A DNA stretch of 64,000 bases from Myxococcota bacterium (GCA_965140415.1 OZ223209.1:5696001-5760000); one strand, 5' to 3'; numbered from the stretch's first letter, positions 39,859 through 49,304 are shown. The notes: generated from the letters alone by a model not told the origin. Program-made: numbers and translations.

Positions 39859-40629
39859 ATGGATCTTGCAACCATAATCGGACTCGTTGGAGCGTTTGGC
39901 GTTATCGTCGTCGGTATCATGGTCGGTTCCTCGATGAGCATCTTCATCGACATTCCGTCCGTTCTGATCGTCGGCTTCGGAACGATCCTGGCGACAACCA
40001 CCAACTTCAGGTTGACGGATGTGATCAATTCGGTCCGCGTCATCAAGAATGCGTTTTTTGCGCCGTCGCTCCCATTGCAGGGCATCGCCAAGACCCTGAT
40101 CGAAATGTCCATCCGTGCACGTAAAGAGGGTTTGCTGGCCTTGGAAGCCTTGATCAGCGACAGCAAAGATCCATTCATCGCCAAGGGAATCCAGCTCGTG
40201 GTCGACGGACATGAAGTGGACGACGTCGACAAGATCATGTCGGCGGAAATCGAAGCCATCACCGAACGTCACCGGGTAGGCGCGGAACTCTTTTTGCAAG
40301 CAGGTACCTTCGCCCCGGCTCTCGGATTGATCGGAACCCTGATCGGTCTGGTGCAGATGTTGCAGAACATGAGCGACCCATCCAAAATCGGTCCGGCCAT
40401 GTCCGTCGCCCTGTTGACGACCTTCTACGGCGCGATTCTGGCCAACGTCGTGTTCAACCCCTTGGCCGGAAAACTGGCGATCCGCGCCAAAGAAGAAGAA
40501 CAGATGAAAGACATGGTGCTTAGCGGCATTCTGGCGATCAGCAACGGAGACAACCCGCGCATCGTCGAACAGAAACTGAATGCTTTCTTGTCTCCGAAAC
40601 TGCAAATCAGCATGTTCGAAGGCGAATAG
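39859..40629 (+). CDS. motA: Stator A subunit (MotA/PomA family)
   Basis: ARKEGLLALE, APALGLIGTLIGL, ALLTTFYG, NPLAGKL. Confidence 0.96.
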   Translation: MDLATIIGLVGAFGVIVVGIMVGSSMSIFIDIPSVLIVGFGTILATTTNFRLTDVINSVRVIKNAFFAPSLPLQGIAKTLIEMSIRARKEGLLALEALISDSKDPFIAKGIQLVVDGHEVDDVDKIMSAEIEAITERHRVGAELFLQAGTFAPALGLIGTLIGLVQMLQNMSDPSKIGPAMSVALLTTFYGAILANVVFNPLAGKLAIRAKEEEQMKDMVLSGILAISNGDNPRIVEQKLNAFLSPKLQISMFEGE

Positions 40630-40670
40630 AATACGAATTAATGGTAATGGCATAAACGAGATAAACACTC

Positions 40671-41393
40671 ATGCCTAAGAAGAAACAACCAGAGAAAGCC
40701 AAGGAAGACAAGTTCGCAGCCTTGTTCTTGTCCTTGTCCATCATTCTGTTGGCTTTCTTTATCCTGCTTAATTCCATTGCCGAGCTGGAAGCCTCGCGCG
40801 TGGATCGTGCCCTGCGCTCGTTGCAGGCGCTTTCGGCAGGATTGGGTGTATTCGGGCAGGGCGTCAGTGTGGATGTAAGCAGCGACCGTCCCCCGGTGGA
40901 CATGAGCAAACCGCAAGTATTTGAAAAAGCTTATGAAATGATGCAGAAGTCGCTGACCAAATGGGGTCGCGACATGAATGCCATCGATGCGTATGAAGAT
41001 GAGCGCCGCTTGGTGATCACCATGCAATCGACGGCTTTGTTCAGCAGCGGAAGCAATGCCCTTCATCCGCGAACCTTCGCTTTCCTGGATGATATCGGCG
41101 AGTTGGTCGAGCGTTTGCAAACGCCCATTACCGTGCAGGGGCATTCCGATTCCACTCCGTCTTCGGGTAAGTTTTCCAACTGGGAACTGGCCGCCTTTCG
41201 TGCCAACGAAGTAGCCCGTTATTTGTTGGAAGGCGTAGGTGTTCCAGATGTACTGGTAGAGGCGGAATCCTTTGGCGATACCAGACCGATGACCACCAAT
41301 GATACCGAAGAAGGTCGACGTAAAAACCGGCGTGTGGATCTGGTGTTCTACAAACGTGATCTGGCACGATTGCAGATCGTGGGAGGCGAGTGA
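40671..41393 (+). CDS. motB: MotB-like stator B subunit 1: no TM Asp, intact OmpA-like peptidoglycan-binding domain
   Basis: TM FAALFLSLSIILLAFFILL; GHSD, NWELAAFRA, NRRVD. Confidence 0.85.
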   Translation: MPKKKQPEKAKEDKFAALFLSLSIILLAFFILLNSIAELEASRVDRALRSLQALSAGLGVFGQGVSVDVSSDRPPVDMSKPQVFEKAYEMMQKSLTKWGRDMNAIDAYEDERRLVITMQSTALFSSGSNALHPRTFAFLDDIGELVERLQTPITVQGHSDSTPSSGKFSNWELAAFRANEVARYLLEGVGVPDVLVEAESFGDTRPMTTNDTEEGRRKNRRVDLVFYKRDLARLQIVGGE

Positions 41394-42154
41394 TGGCTAA
41401 AAGCGAGCCAAAACCAGTCGACCGCAATGCCTGGATGGCAACGTTCTCGGATCTGATCACGCTGATGCTGACCTTTTTCGTGTTGTTGTTGACCATGAGC
41501 ACGATTGACACCAGCCGCCTGCGCAGTTTGTTCCAGTACTTCCCCGGTGCGGGAATGATGATGGAAGGTGGCGCACCTTCTATCGTGGATTCCAAACGCG
41601 CCATGATCGAACCGTTTAAAATTTCCAGCCGCTCGGGTCAGAAACGCTGGTTGGACGAACAGGACGAAGAACCTTACCATGCATTGACGCGCTGGTTGGA
41701 GAGTCGGCAACTTGATAAAAACGTGAAAGTGATCCGACGCGGCGATGCCTACGAAATCCATTTGGATAACCGGGTCGTCTTCGGAGCAGGTTCGGTTGAA
41801 ATCAATCCGGAATTCGTTCCATTTCTGCATGAAGTGGCGCAGACCTTGAAAGAACAGACCGGCGCTCGCTTGCGTGTACAGGTTGTCTCCTCCGATCCCA
41901 ACGATCTGGCCCAACAGAGCGTATATAAGTCACTTTGGACCTTGGCAACCAAGCGGAGTTTTGAATTATCGCATGCACTAATCTCGCGCTTTAAAGCGGA
42001 TCGCAGGCGGTTATCGTTGATCGGATACGGAGAAGCGCGTAAAATTATGGCAGAGGGCCAGTCGGTAGAAACCTTCGACCAGCGTGTCGAGTTCATTTTT
42101 GTCGAAAACGACGATTCCGCCTCGGCGGCGGAGCCAGGCAAGAGAGAGGATTGA
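41393..42154 (+). CDS. motB: MotB-like stator B subunit 2: TM Asp present, degenerate OmpA-like domain
   Basis: WMATFSDLITLMLTFFVLL; C-terminal motifs eroded to VVSSD, LWTLATKRS, DQRVE. An alternative GTG start lies at 41390. Confidence 0.88.
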   Translation: MAKSEPKPVDRNAWMATFSDLITLMLTFFVLLLTMSTIDTSRLRSLFQYFPGAGMMMEGGAPSIVDSKRAMIEPFKISSRSGQKRWLDEQDEEPYHALTRWLESRQLDKNVKVIRRGDAYEIHLDNRVVFGAGSVEINPEFVPFLHEVAQTLKEQTGARLRVQVVSSDPNDLAQQSVYKSLWTLATKRSFELSHALISRFKADRRRLSLIGYGEARKIMAEGQSVETFDQRVEFIFVENDDSASAAEPGKRED

Positions 42155-42157
42155 TCC

Positions 42158-42691
42158 ATGGCCGTTGACGAAAAAGATGTGGAAGAAGAAGGATCCAGCC
42201 CCAAACCTAAAAAGGGAGGAAACTTCCTGATCGTGCTGTTGCTGGTGGTGAATCTGCTGCTGGTCGGTGGAATGGGCGCATACTTCATCCTTTTCGGCGG
42301 AATGGGAAAAGGCGGCTCCAATGCCGGTGAACTGGAAGGTGCTCAGGAAACCGGAGCGGAAGAAGTAAAAGAAGAAGTTTCCGACAAGTTGGGAACCATC
42401 GTTCAACTGGAGCCGTTTCTGGTCAACCTGGACGAGCCGGGAACCAACCGTTATCTAAAAGCGGTCATCCAGCTTGAAGTTGCCGCCAAGGAAACGGAAG
42501 AGGAAGTCAAATTGCGGGCGGTGCCGCTTCGCGATCTGGTGATTACCTACCTCTCCTCGCTCAATTACAGCCAGACCCAAGGTGTCGTCAACAAGGAAGT
42601 CATTCGCACCGCGTTGATCAAACAGATCAGCAATCTGTTGAAAACCGGAAGCGTAAAGAATTTGTACTTCACCGAATTCGTCATTCAGTAA
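42158..42691 (+). CDS. fliL: Basal body-associated protein FliL
   Basis: One TM helix; FLVNL...RYLK, LYFTEFVIQ. Confidence 0.95.
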   Translation: MAVDEKDVEEEGSSPKPKKGGNFLIVLLLVVNLLLVGGMGAYFILFGGMGKGGSNAGELEGAQETGAEEVKEEVSDKLGTIVQLEPFLVNLDEPGTNRYLKAVIQLEVAAKETEEEVKLRAVPLRDLVITYLSSLNYSQTQGVVNKEVIRTALIKQISNLLKTGSVKNLYFTEFVIQ

Positions 42692-42709
42692 CGGCGAACG
42701 GAGTTCATC

Positions 42710-43702
42710 ATGGAGCAAGTGCTTAGTCAGAATGAAGTCAATGCGCTGCTGGAAGCGGTACAGGAAGGAAACGTTCCGACCGAGGGAGACCCGATTCCAC
42801 GCGACGACGAATTCGAATCATACGATCTGGCCAGTCAGGACAAGATTATCCGTGGCCGTATGGCCGGACTGGAAATCATCAACGATCGTTTTAACCGTTA
42901 CCTGCAAATCGCCCTGTCCAGTTTGCTGCGCAAAGTGGCCGACGTGCAACTCGAATTCTCCGGCCTGATGAAGTTCGGTGAATTCATCAACCAGTTGATT
43001 TCGCCGACCACGTTGAATTTATTCAAGATGTCACCCCTGCGCGGCGTGGCGATTCTGGGCTTGGAAACGCGATTCATCTTCAGCATGCTCAACACCTTTT
43101 TCGGTGGCAGTCGTGGAGATGACAAAGACATCGAACTGCTCGACACGCGCGATTTGACCATCATTGAAATGAATATCGTTAAAAAACTCGTGCGCACCAT
43201 GTTGGGCGAGCTGCAAAAAGCCTGGCATCCGGTGCACGAAATTCACCCCAGCTATCTGAGAACCGAAATCAATCCTCAGTTCGTTGGTGTGGTGCCCTCT
43301 TCCGACGTGGTCATCAACACGCAGTATACCGTGGAATTCGATAACGCGGTGGGCATGCTCAATCTGGTAATTCCTTATTCCATGATCGAACCAATCAAGC
43401 AGAAGCTGTCGATTTACAGCCAAAGCGAGGAACAGGAACTGGATATGCACTGGATTCAGCGCCTGAAAGAGGAAATGATGCAGGCGGCGGTGAACATGCG
43501 TGTCGATCTGGGTCATGCGGATATGACGGTACGCGAGCTGAAAAACATGAAGGCCGGCGACGTCATCATGCTGGACAGCAGCGCCAACGATCCGTTGGTG
43601 GTGCGTATCGAAAACATTCCGAAAATGAAGGGTTTGCCCATTGTCCATAAGGGACATGTGGCGATGAAGATTACCAATATGCACCTCGATGGTGAGGATT
43701 AG
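42710..43702 (+). CDS. fliM: Motor switch protein FliM
   Basis: VLSQNEVNALL (CheY-binding), FFGG, IPYSMIEPI. Confidence 0.96.
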   Translation: MEQVLSQNEVNALLEAVQEGNVPTEGDPIPRDDEFESYDLASQDKIIRGRMAGLEIINDRFNRYLQIALSSLLRKVADVQLEFSGLMKFGEFINQLISPTTLNLFKMSPLRGVAILGLETRFIFSMLNTFFGGSRGDDKDIELLDTRDLTIIEMNIVKKLVRTMLGELQKAWHPVHEIHPSYLRTEINPQFVGVVPSSDVVINTQYTVEFDNAVGMLNLVIPYSMIEPIKQKLSIYSQSEEQELDMHWIQRLKEEMMQAAVNMRVDLGHADMTVRELKNMKAGDVIMLDSSANDPLVVRIENIPKMKGLPIVHKGHVAMKITNMHLDGED

Positions 43703-43723
43703 GCGAAAGCGGAACGGGAGGAT

Positions 43724-44134
43724 ATGATGAGCGACGAACTGGATAAAGCCATACAAGAGCTGCAAAATTCCATGGCTTCTGGCGAAAGCGCGGATTCCTC
43801 GTCGATGCAGGAAGACCTGATGGCCGCCGCCGTATCCCAGTCATCGGATATGGAAAAAGGCCACGGCAAGAATTTGCAAATGATTCTGGATATTCCGCTG
43901 GAAGTTTCGGTGGAGTTAGGGCGCAACAAGATGCTGATCAACGACCTGCTGCAACTCGGGCAGGGATCGGTCATCGAGTTGAACAAGCTGGCTGGTGAGC
44001 CGATGGACGTCCTGGTCAACGGGCGTCTGGTGGCACGCGGCGAAGTGGTTGTACTGCACGATAAGTTCGGTGTGCGCCTGACAGACATCATCAGCCCCAG
44101 CGAGCGCATTCAACAGCTCGCGGAGGAAGCGTAA
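43724..44134 (+). CDS. fliN: Motor switch protein FliN
   Basis: [13 protein letters not shown]...GEVVV...FGVR. Confidence 0.96.
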   Translation: MMSDELDKAIQELQNSMASGESADSSSMQEDLMAAAVSQSSDMEKGHGKNLQMILDIPLEVSVELGRNKMLINDLLQLGQGSVIELNKLAGEPMDVLVNGRLVARGEVVVLHDKFGVRLTDIISPSERIQQLAEEA

Positions 44135-44144
44135 GGAGAACGTC

Positions 44145-45467
44145 ATGTCGAAACATCTACTCGCACTCACGGCCTTGATGCTGTTTGCACTGACCCTGAT
44201 CGGTCCGGTTTCCACCGCGACGGCGGCTGGCAAGCAGCGAACCTTGACCGGTATTTCGGTCGAGGCCGACAACGAGACCGCGCGCATTACCTTCGATCTG
44301 GAAAAGAACAATGGCCGTCGTCTGGGAAAAGTCTATTTCTCGGGTAAAACGGTCAAGATTCTGGTCGAAGATACCAAACTGGCCAAGAATCGCGAGATCA
44401 AGATGCCGGGTCATGATGATACCCTGAAGGGCATCACCGTCAAGCAGAGCAAGTCGGATGTTGTCGTACAGTTGAAACTGGAAGACAAAATCACGTCCAT
44501 TCTGGAACATCTGGTTTTCGAGCCTTACGCCAATCACTCGGTATTGACCATTCGCAAACCCGGTTTCTACGCTGCACGTGCCAAAGCGGTAGAGGAACTG
44601 GCAGCAGCCAAGCCAAGCCCCGCCGAAACCAAAGTGGTCCAGGTGCAAGCCGTAGCCCCTGTAAAAGCAAAAGCCGACAATAACAACAAGTTGGTAGACA
44701 TGCTGCCTTTGGTGGAACCGGAAGCGAAACCGGTCGAACCCAAAAAAGCCGTAGCCGCCGAAAAAACGGTCAGCAAACAGGAAACCCTGGCTTCGCTGCG
44801 TAAAGGCATGGAAAAGACTCCCGCCGAGGCTACGGAAGTTGCGGCGGTTCCTGTCGCCGCTTCGTTGGGCACAGCACCCGCTGGAGGCGTTTCCTCAACC
44901 GGAACCTCCGGTACTTCGGGCATGTCCAAGCCTTTCAAAGTCGGCAATGCCGCACCGGATCTGACCGGTTTGTACGTCATGACCGTGGCCGTGCTGCTGA
45001 TCGCTGCCGTCTGGTTCTTTTTCCGACGTGGACGCCTGGTGTCCTTTACCAAAGTCGAAGAACCGATTCAGGTGGTCAAATCCACCAACATCGGTCATCG
45101 TCAACGCTTGTTGGTTGTCGAAACGGAAGGCAAACGCTTATTATTGGCTGCCAGTGACAAGCAGGTCAATTTCCTGTCGGACCTGACGGTCTCCGACAGC
45201 ACCGCGTTACAAAAGCGCGAAGCACCAGCCGAACCCACAAACGTGCATCCTTTCCGTCAACAAAGTGCCGCTCAAAGCGAAGCCGACACCTCCAGCATGT
45301 TCGGTCAGGCTCAGCAGCCTACTCAACCAGCCAGTGGGCGTCCCAGCTACTTCGGCGGCAAAGCACCTCAGATGAATTCCGGTGCTGCACCCAAACCCCG
45401 GTTCGAAGAACAGTCACAACCGATGACCTTCGCCGAAAAACTGCGCGCGATGAAGCGGAGGGCCTAA
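44145..45467 (+). CDS. fliO: Extended FliO with a large periplasmic N-terminal domain
   Basis: Lies between fliN and fliP; signal peptide, TM helix, then IGHRQRLLVVETEGKRLLLA...VNFLSDL. Confidence 0.82.
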   Translation: MSKHLLALTALMLFALTLIGPVSTATAAGKQRTLTGISVEADNETARITFDLEKNNGRRLGKVYFSGKTVKILVEDTKLAKNREIKMPGHDDTLKGITVKQSKSDVVVQLKLEDKITSILEHLVFEPYANHSVLTIRKPGFYAARAKAVEELAAAKPSPAETKVVQVQAVAPVKAKADNNNKLVDMLPLVEPEAKPVEPKKAVAAEKTVSKQETLASLRKGMEKTPAEATEVAAVPVAASLGTAPAGGVSSTGTSGTSGMSKPFKVGNAAPDLTGLYVMTVAVLLIAAVWFFFRRGRLVSFTKVEEPIQVVKSTNIGHRQRLLVVETEGKRLLLAASDKQVNFLSDLTVSDSTALQKREAPAEPTNVHPFRQQSAAQSEADTSSMFGQAQQPTQPASGRPSYFGGKAPQMNSGAAPKPRFEEQSQPMTFAEKLRAMKRRA

Positions 45468-45469
45468 TC

Positions 45470-46246
45470 GTGCAAACGTCATCTCTCACTGCCAAATGGC
45501 CGATATTAATCGCTCTTGCGCTATTGGCGGGCCTGTTTTTCATTATGGCCGATGCCTCCGCCGCGCCGTTGGAACTACCTAAGATTTCAATTGAAATGGG
45601 CGATCAAGGGGAACCCGGTCAGGTAGTGGGAACCATTAAAATCATGGTATTGTTGACGGTCATCATGCTGGCGCCGTCGATCTTGATCACCATGACCTCC
45701 TTTACACGCATCGTCATCGTATTTTTCTTTTTGCGACAGGCCATGAGCACCCAACAGAGCCCCCCCAATACGGTTCTGATCGGGTTGGCCATGTTCTTGA
45801 CCTTCTTCATCATGAAGCCGGTGTTGACAGAAATCAACGACACGGCGCTGCAACCGTATCTGGAAGGAACCGTTACCCAGGAGCAGGCATTGGAGTCGGC
45901 CTCCACGCCGATCAAGGGATTCATGCTTTCGCAAACGCGCGAAGCGGATCTGGCTCTGTTCTTCCGCATTTCCAAATCCCCTAAACCGAATTCGGTGGCG
46001 GACGTTCCCTTTCACATCGCGGTGCCGTCCTTCATTATTTCCGAATTGAAAACCGCGTTTCAGATCGGCTTTCTGATCTACCTGCCGTTTTTGATTCTGG
46101 ATATGGTCATCGCCAGTGTTTTGATGGCCATGGGTATGATGATGTTGCCACCGGTGATTATCTCACTGCCGTTTAAGATCATGTTGTTCGTATTGATCGA
46201 CGGCTGGAACCTGATTGTAGGTTCCCTGGTCAAATCCTTCGGATAA
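45470..46246 (+). CDS. fliP: Export gate protein FliP
   Basis: MTSFTRI, QQSPPN, SELKTAFQIGF, MGMMMLPP, DGW. Confidence 0.97.
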   Translation: MQTSSLTAKWPILIALALLAGLFFIMADASAAPLELPKISIEMGDQGEPGQVVGTIKIMVLLTVIMLAPSILITMTSFTRIVIVFFFLRQAMSTQQSPPNTVLIGLAMFLTFFIMKPVLTEINDTALQPYLEGTVTQEQALESASTPIKGFMLSQTREADLALFFRISKSPKPNSVADVPFHIAVPSFIISELKTAFQIGFLIYLPFLILDMVIASVLMAMGMMMLPPVIISLPFKIMLFVLIDGWNLIVGSLVKSFG

Positions 46247-46259
46247 TGCGAGGCTTGCA

Positions 46260-46529
46260 ATGACTCCAGACGCCGTATTAGCACTGGCCTCCGATGCATT
46301 GAAAACCGCGTTGCTGATTGCTTCGCCCATGCTGGCGATCGGCTTGACCGTCGGTCTGTCCATTTCCTTGTTTCAGGCCGTTACTCAGATCAACGAAGTT
46401 TCGCTGGCGTTTATCCCGAAAATCATCGCCATGGTTTTATCTCTACTGGCGTTTTCCTCCTGGATGCTCAACCAGTTGATGAGCCTGGCAATTCGTCTGA
46501 TCGAACAAATCCCTCAAATGACACAGTAG
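46260..46529 (+). CDS. fliQ: Export gate protein FliQ
   Basis: QAVTQINEVSLAFIPKI. Confidence 0.96.
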   Translation: MTPDAVLALASDALKTALLIASPMLAIGLTVGLSISLFQAVTQINEVSLAFIPKIIAMVLSLLAFSSWMLNQLMSLAIRLIEQIPQMTQ

Positions 46530-46533
46530 ACCC

Positions 46534-47307
46534 ATGCTGGTCACGCATTTCTATTACCACCTGTTTCCACTTGTCATGATCGCCGGGCGCATTACCGGTC
46601 TATTCATGTTCATCCCCGTTTTCGGCAGTAATCTCGTGCCCATGCAAAGCCGCGCCGTCTTTGTGTTTCTTCTAGCCGTCGTGCTGCATCTGGGTGGAGA
46701 TATCGGCATGGAGCAGATGAACATCGGCCCGATGGAAGCGGCTTATGGAATTTTATTCGAGTTTCTGGCCGGAGCGGCAATGGGTCTGATATTGGTGATT
46801 TTCTTTGCCGCCATCAGCTACGCCGGAGATATCGTCGCACCTCAGATGGGTATGGCCATCAGTCAATTGGTCGATCCGCAGACACAGCAGATGCAGCCGG
46901 TATTGTCCACGTTTCTCAATTTCATCGCCGTAATCTTCTTCCTGTCGATCAACGGGCATTTGTTGGTGATTCAAGGCATGGCCGACAGCTACCGCCTGTT
47001 GCCGCTGGGTGGGTTTCACATGACCGGAGGTCTGATCGAAGCCCTACTCGAACAGGGTGGACAGGTATTCATTTTAGGGTTGAAAATCTGCTCGCCGGTA
47101 CTGGCGGTCATCATGTTTTTAAATACCGGCATGGCGATCATGGCGCGAGCGGTGCCGCAGGTGCACGTCATCGTCGTGGGATTTATCATTACGATTTCGG
47201 TTGGTATTTTGACGTTGATTAGCATCCTTCCCGCGTTTGAGCCAATCTTTGACGAGTTGATGCACGATGCGGTAGAACGCATGATGTGGTTGTTGAAAAC
47301 GATGTAA
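46534..47307 (+). CDS. fliR: Export gate protein FliR
   Basis: QMGM...VDP, NGH, ARAVPQVHV. Confidence 0.95.
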   Translation: MLVTHFYYHLFPLVMIAGRITGLFMFIPVFGSNLVPMQSRAVFVFLLAVVLHLGGDIGMEQMNIGPMEAAYGILFEFLAGAAMGLILVIFFAAISYAGDIVAPQMGMAISQLVDPQTQQMQPVLSTFLNFIAVIFFLSINGHLLVIQGMADSYRLLPLGGFHMTGGLIEALLEQGGQVFILGLKICSPVLAVIMFLNTGMAIMARAVPQVHVIVVGFIITISVGILTLISILPAFEPIFDELMHDAVERMMWLLKTM

Positions 47308-47344
47308 AAGGGTTCGTTAATAGAGATTCGGTTCTTTGATTCTC

Positions 47345-47411
47345 GTAGTGGCGAGGCGTAAGCCCGCCGAAAAACACCTTTATTAACGGCGGGCTTGCGC
47401 CTCGCCGCTAC
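47345..47411. repeat. GTAG-type REP inverted doublet (REPIN)
   Basis: GTAGTGGCGAGGCGTAAGCCCGCCG ... CGGCGGGCTTGCGCCTCGCCGCTAC; 25-nt arms with 2 mismatches. Confidence 0.8.
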
Positions 47412-47475
47412 AAAACAACATCGTTAAATAATGTAAAGACCGATAAAGGTCTGAACCAGACGGGCCGGAAGACGA

Positions 47476-48567
47476 ATGGCCGAAGAACAATTCGAGCGTA
47501 CAGAGCCCGCCACACCCCGAAGGCGTCAGAAGTTTCGGGAAAAGGGGCAGGTGGCAAAAAGCCAGGAAGTCAACGCCGTGGCGGTGCTGGTGGGTGTACT
47601 GCTTTATTTTTATTTCGCCGGAGAAACCATCTTCGAGCGTATGAACGTTCTGATGGGGCAGAATTTCAAAATCGCCGCCGATGTCAATCTCGATATCAAC
47701 GGCATGTACAGTATCATCGGGACGACCATCGAACTTTTTATCGAACTGCTCTTCCCCCTGTTCATCATTATTCCCGTGTTGTCCGTACTCACCAATATCA
47801 GCCAGACCGGCTGGCTGTTTACGGCGAAACCTCTGGTGCCGGATCTGAAACGCATCGATCCGATCAGCAAGTTTCAGCAAAAATTCTTGAGCATGAAGCT
47901 GTGGACCGATACGGCAGTGAACATCTTGAAAATTTCGGCTCTTACTTCCGTGATCTGGTGGGTCATTGCCGGTAAATACGACGGCTTGACGGAACTGATG
48001 TTCATGAGCCCGATGCTGTTGACGCAAACGATCATGATGGACATCCTGGAAATCATGCTGAAAACCATCCTGTTGTTCGTCGTGGTGGCCATAGCCGACT
48101 TCGCCCAGCAGTGGTACCAGCTTGAAAAACAGATGAAGATGACCAAGCAGGAAATCCGGGATGAATTCAAGGACATGGAAGGTGATCCGCATATGAAGGG
48201 CAAAATGCGTTCGCGTATGCGTGAGATTTCATTGAACAAAATGATCGATGTCGTACCCGAAGCGGACATGGTCATCACCAACCCGACCCATCTGGCCATC
48301 GCCATTCGTTACAAGCAGGGTGTGGACACTGCACCAAAAGTGCTGGCCAAGGGCAAAGGGTTCTGGGCGGAACGCATCAAGGCGATTGCACGCGAAAACA
48401 ACGTCGAGGTGATCGAAAACAAGCTACTGGCGCGCTCACTATATAAATCGGTTAAAATCGGCGGAGAAGTTCCACCTCAATTCTATCGCGCTGTGGCCGA
48501 ATTGCTGGCTTACGTCTACCGCTTGCAGCAGAAGGTCGGAAGTCAGCCGCAAACGAGACAAGCCTGA
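47476..48567 (+). CDS. flhB: Export switch protein FlhB
   Basis: RTEPATPRR, EGDP, NPTH autocleavage motif. Confidence 0.97.
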   Translation: MAEEQFERTEPATPRRRQKFREKGQVAKSQEVNAVAVLVGVLLYFYFAGETIFERMNVLMGQNFKIAADVNLDINGMYSIIGTTIELFIELLFPLFIIIPVLSVLTNISQTGWLFTAKPLVPDLKRIDPISKFQQKFLSMKLWTDTAVNILKISALTSVIWWVIAGKYDGLTELMFMSPMLLTQTIMMDILEIMLKTILLFVVVAIADFAQQWYQLEKQMKMTKQEIRDEFKDMEGDPHMKGKMRSRMREISLNKMIDVVPEADMVITNPTHLAIAIRYKQGVDTAPKVLAKGKGFWAERIKAIARENNVEVIENKLLARSLYKSVKIGGEVPPQFYRAVAELLAYVYRLQQKVGSQPQTRQA

Positions 48568-48575
48568 GATCTCGT

Positions 48576-48857
48576 TCAGGGGCAACCCACGCTTTCCCAT
48601 TCACTCATCGGCTTGACTTGAGATTCGAAGTGAGCCGCCATCCAGCCAAAGCAATCCGAATATCCCTGGCAGTCTTCGCAGTGCAAGAGGCAGTCCTGCC
48701 GCTCATCGCTTGTTTCCGAAAGGCAGATTTCATCGCAATTGTAACAGGTGCCGTCGTAATCCCCGGAATCGTCGCCGCCGCCGCAAGCGGCAAAGCTAAT
48801 TGAAATCAGCAACAGCATCGGCAGGAAAATCAATCTGAAGTTTTGTAAGATGTGCAT
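48576..48857 (-). CDS. Small Cys-rich lipoprotein
   Basis: Lipobox FAAC followed by GGGDDSGDYDG and 8 further Cys. Confidence 0.7.
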   Translation of the reverse strand: MHILQNFRLIFLPMLLLISISFAACGGGDDSGDYDGTCYNCDEICLSETSDERQDCLLHCEDCQGYSDCFGWMAAHFESQVKPMSEWESVGCP

Positions 48858-48880
48858 CAGTGGTCCTCTTTCGCGTTTTC

Positions 48881-49128
48881 AGTAACTACTGGAATGAGTA
48901 CCAGCAAAGGACAGCTAGCTTAACAAAGGGTGGCACGTGGCCAAGCGAAATGGAATGGAGCTTGCCCGTGTTCTTGTTTTGGCTCATGGGCAACCTGCGG
49001 TTCGCCCATGCCACCCACCACCGATATTATTGGTGTTTTCGGACTTACCCCCTCGCCGCTACAAGAAGACATCGCCAGTAATGAAAATAACTCTTCTAGT
49101 AACTACTGGAATGAGTACCAGCAAAGGA
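48881..49128. repeat. Perfect 31-bp direct repeat enclosing REP-like palindromes
   Basis: AGTAACTACTGGAATGAGTACCAGCAAAGGA at 48881-48911 and 49098-49128; GGGTGGCA...TGCCACCC palindrome at 48928-49016. Confidence 0.85.
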
Positions 49129-49304
49129 TGTACCAGAATTCTTGATGTGCCGGAAAGCGGTACTTCAAAACCGCTGCGGCATGGTTTTTCATGGTTGCAA
49201 TACGTGTAGGACTTGACAAATTCTAGCCATTACGCTTATATGGGGCCATAAATCCGCGAGCTTCGCGGGTATAACGACGTTTACCATAGGTGGGAGGTTT
49301 ATCG

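Noticed and set aside
30180-40668. Long antisense ORFs (30180..31865, 31393..32559, 38529..39539, 39787..40668)
   Set aside because: They lie opposite clearly recognisable flagellar genes and show no recognisable motifs.
40671-41393. MotA/MotB-like genes as a Zorya defence system or ExbBD/TolQR
   Set aside because: MotA has FliG-contacting motifs and normal length, and the genes sit between flgE and fliL.
48881-49128. 31-bp repeat pair as a CRISPR array
   Set aside because: Only two copies, a 186-bp interval made of palindromic REP-like DNA, and no cas genes in the window.
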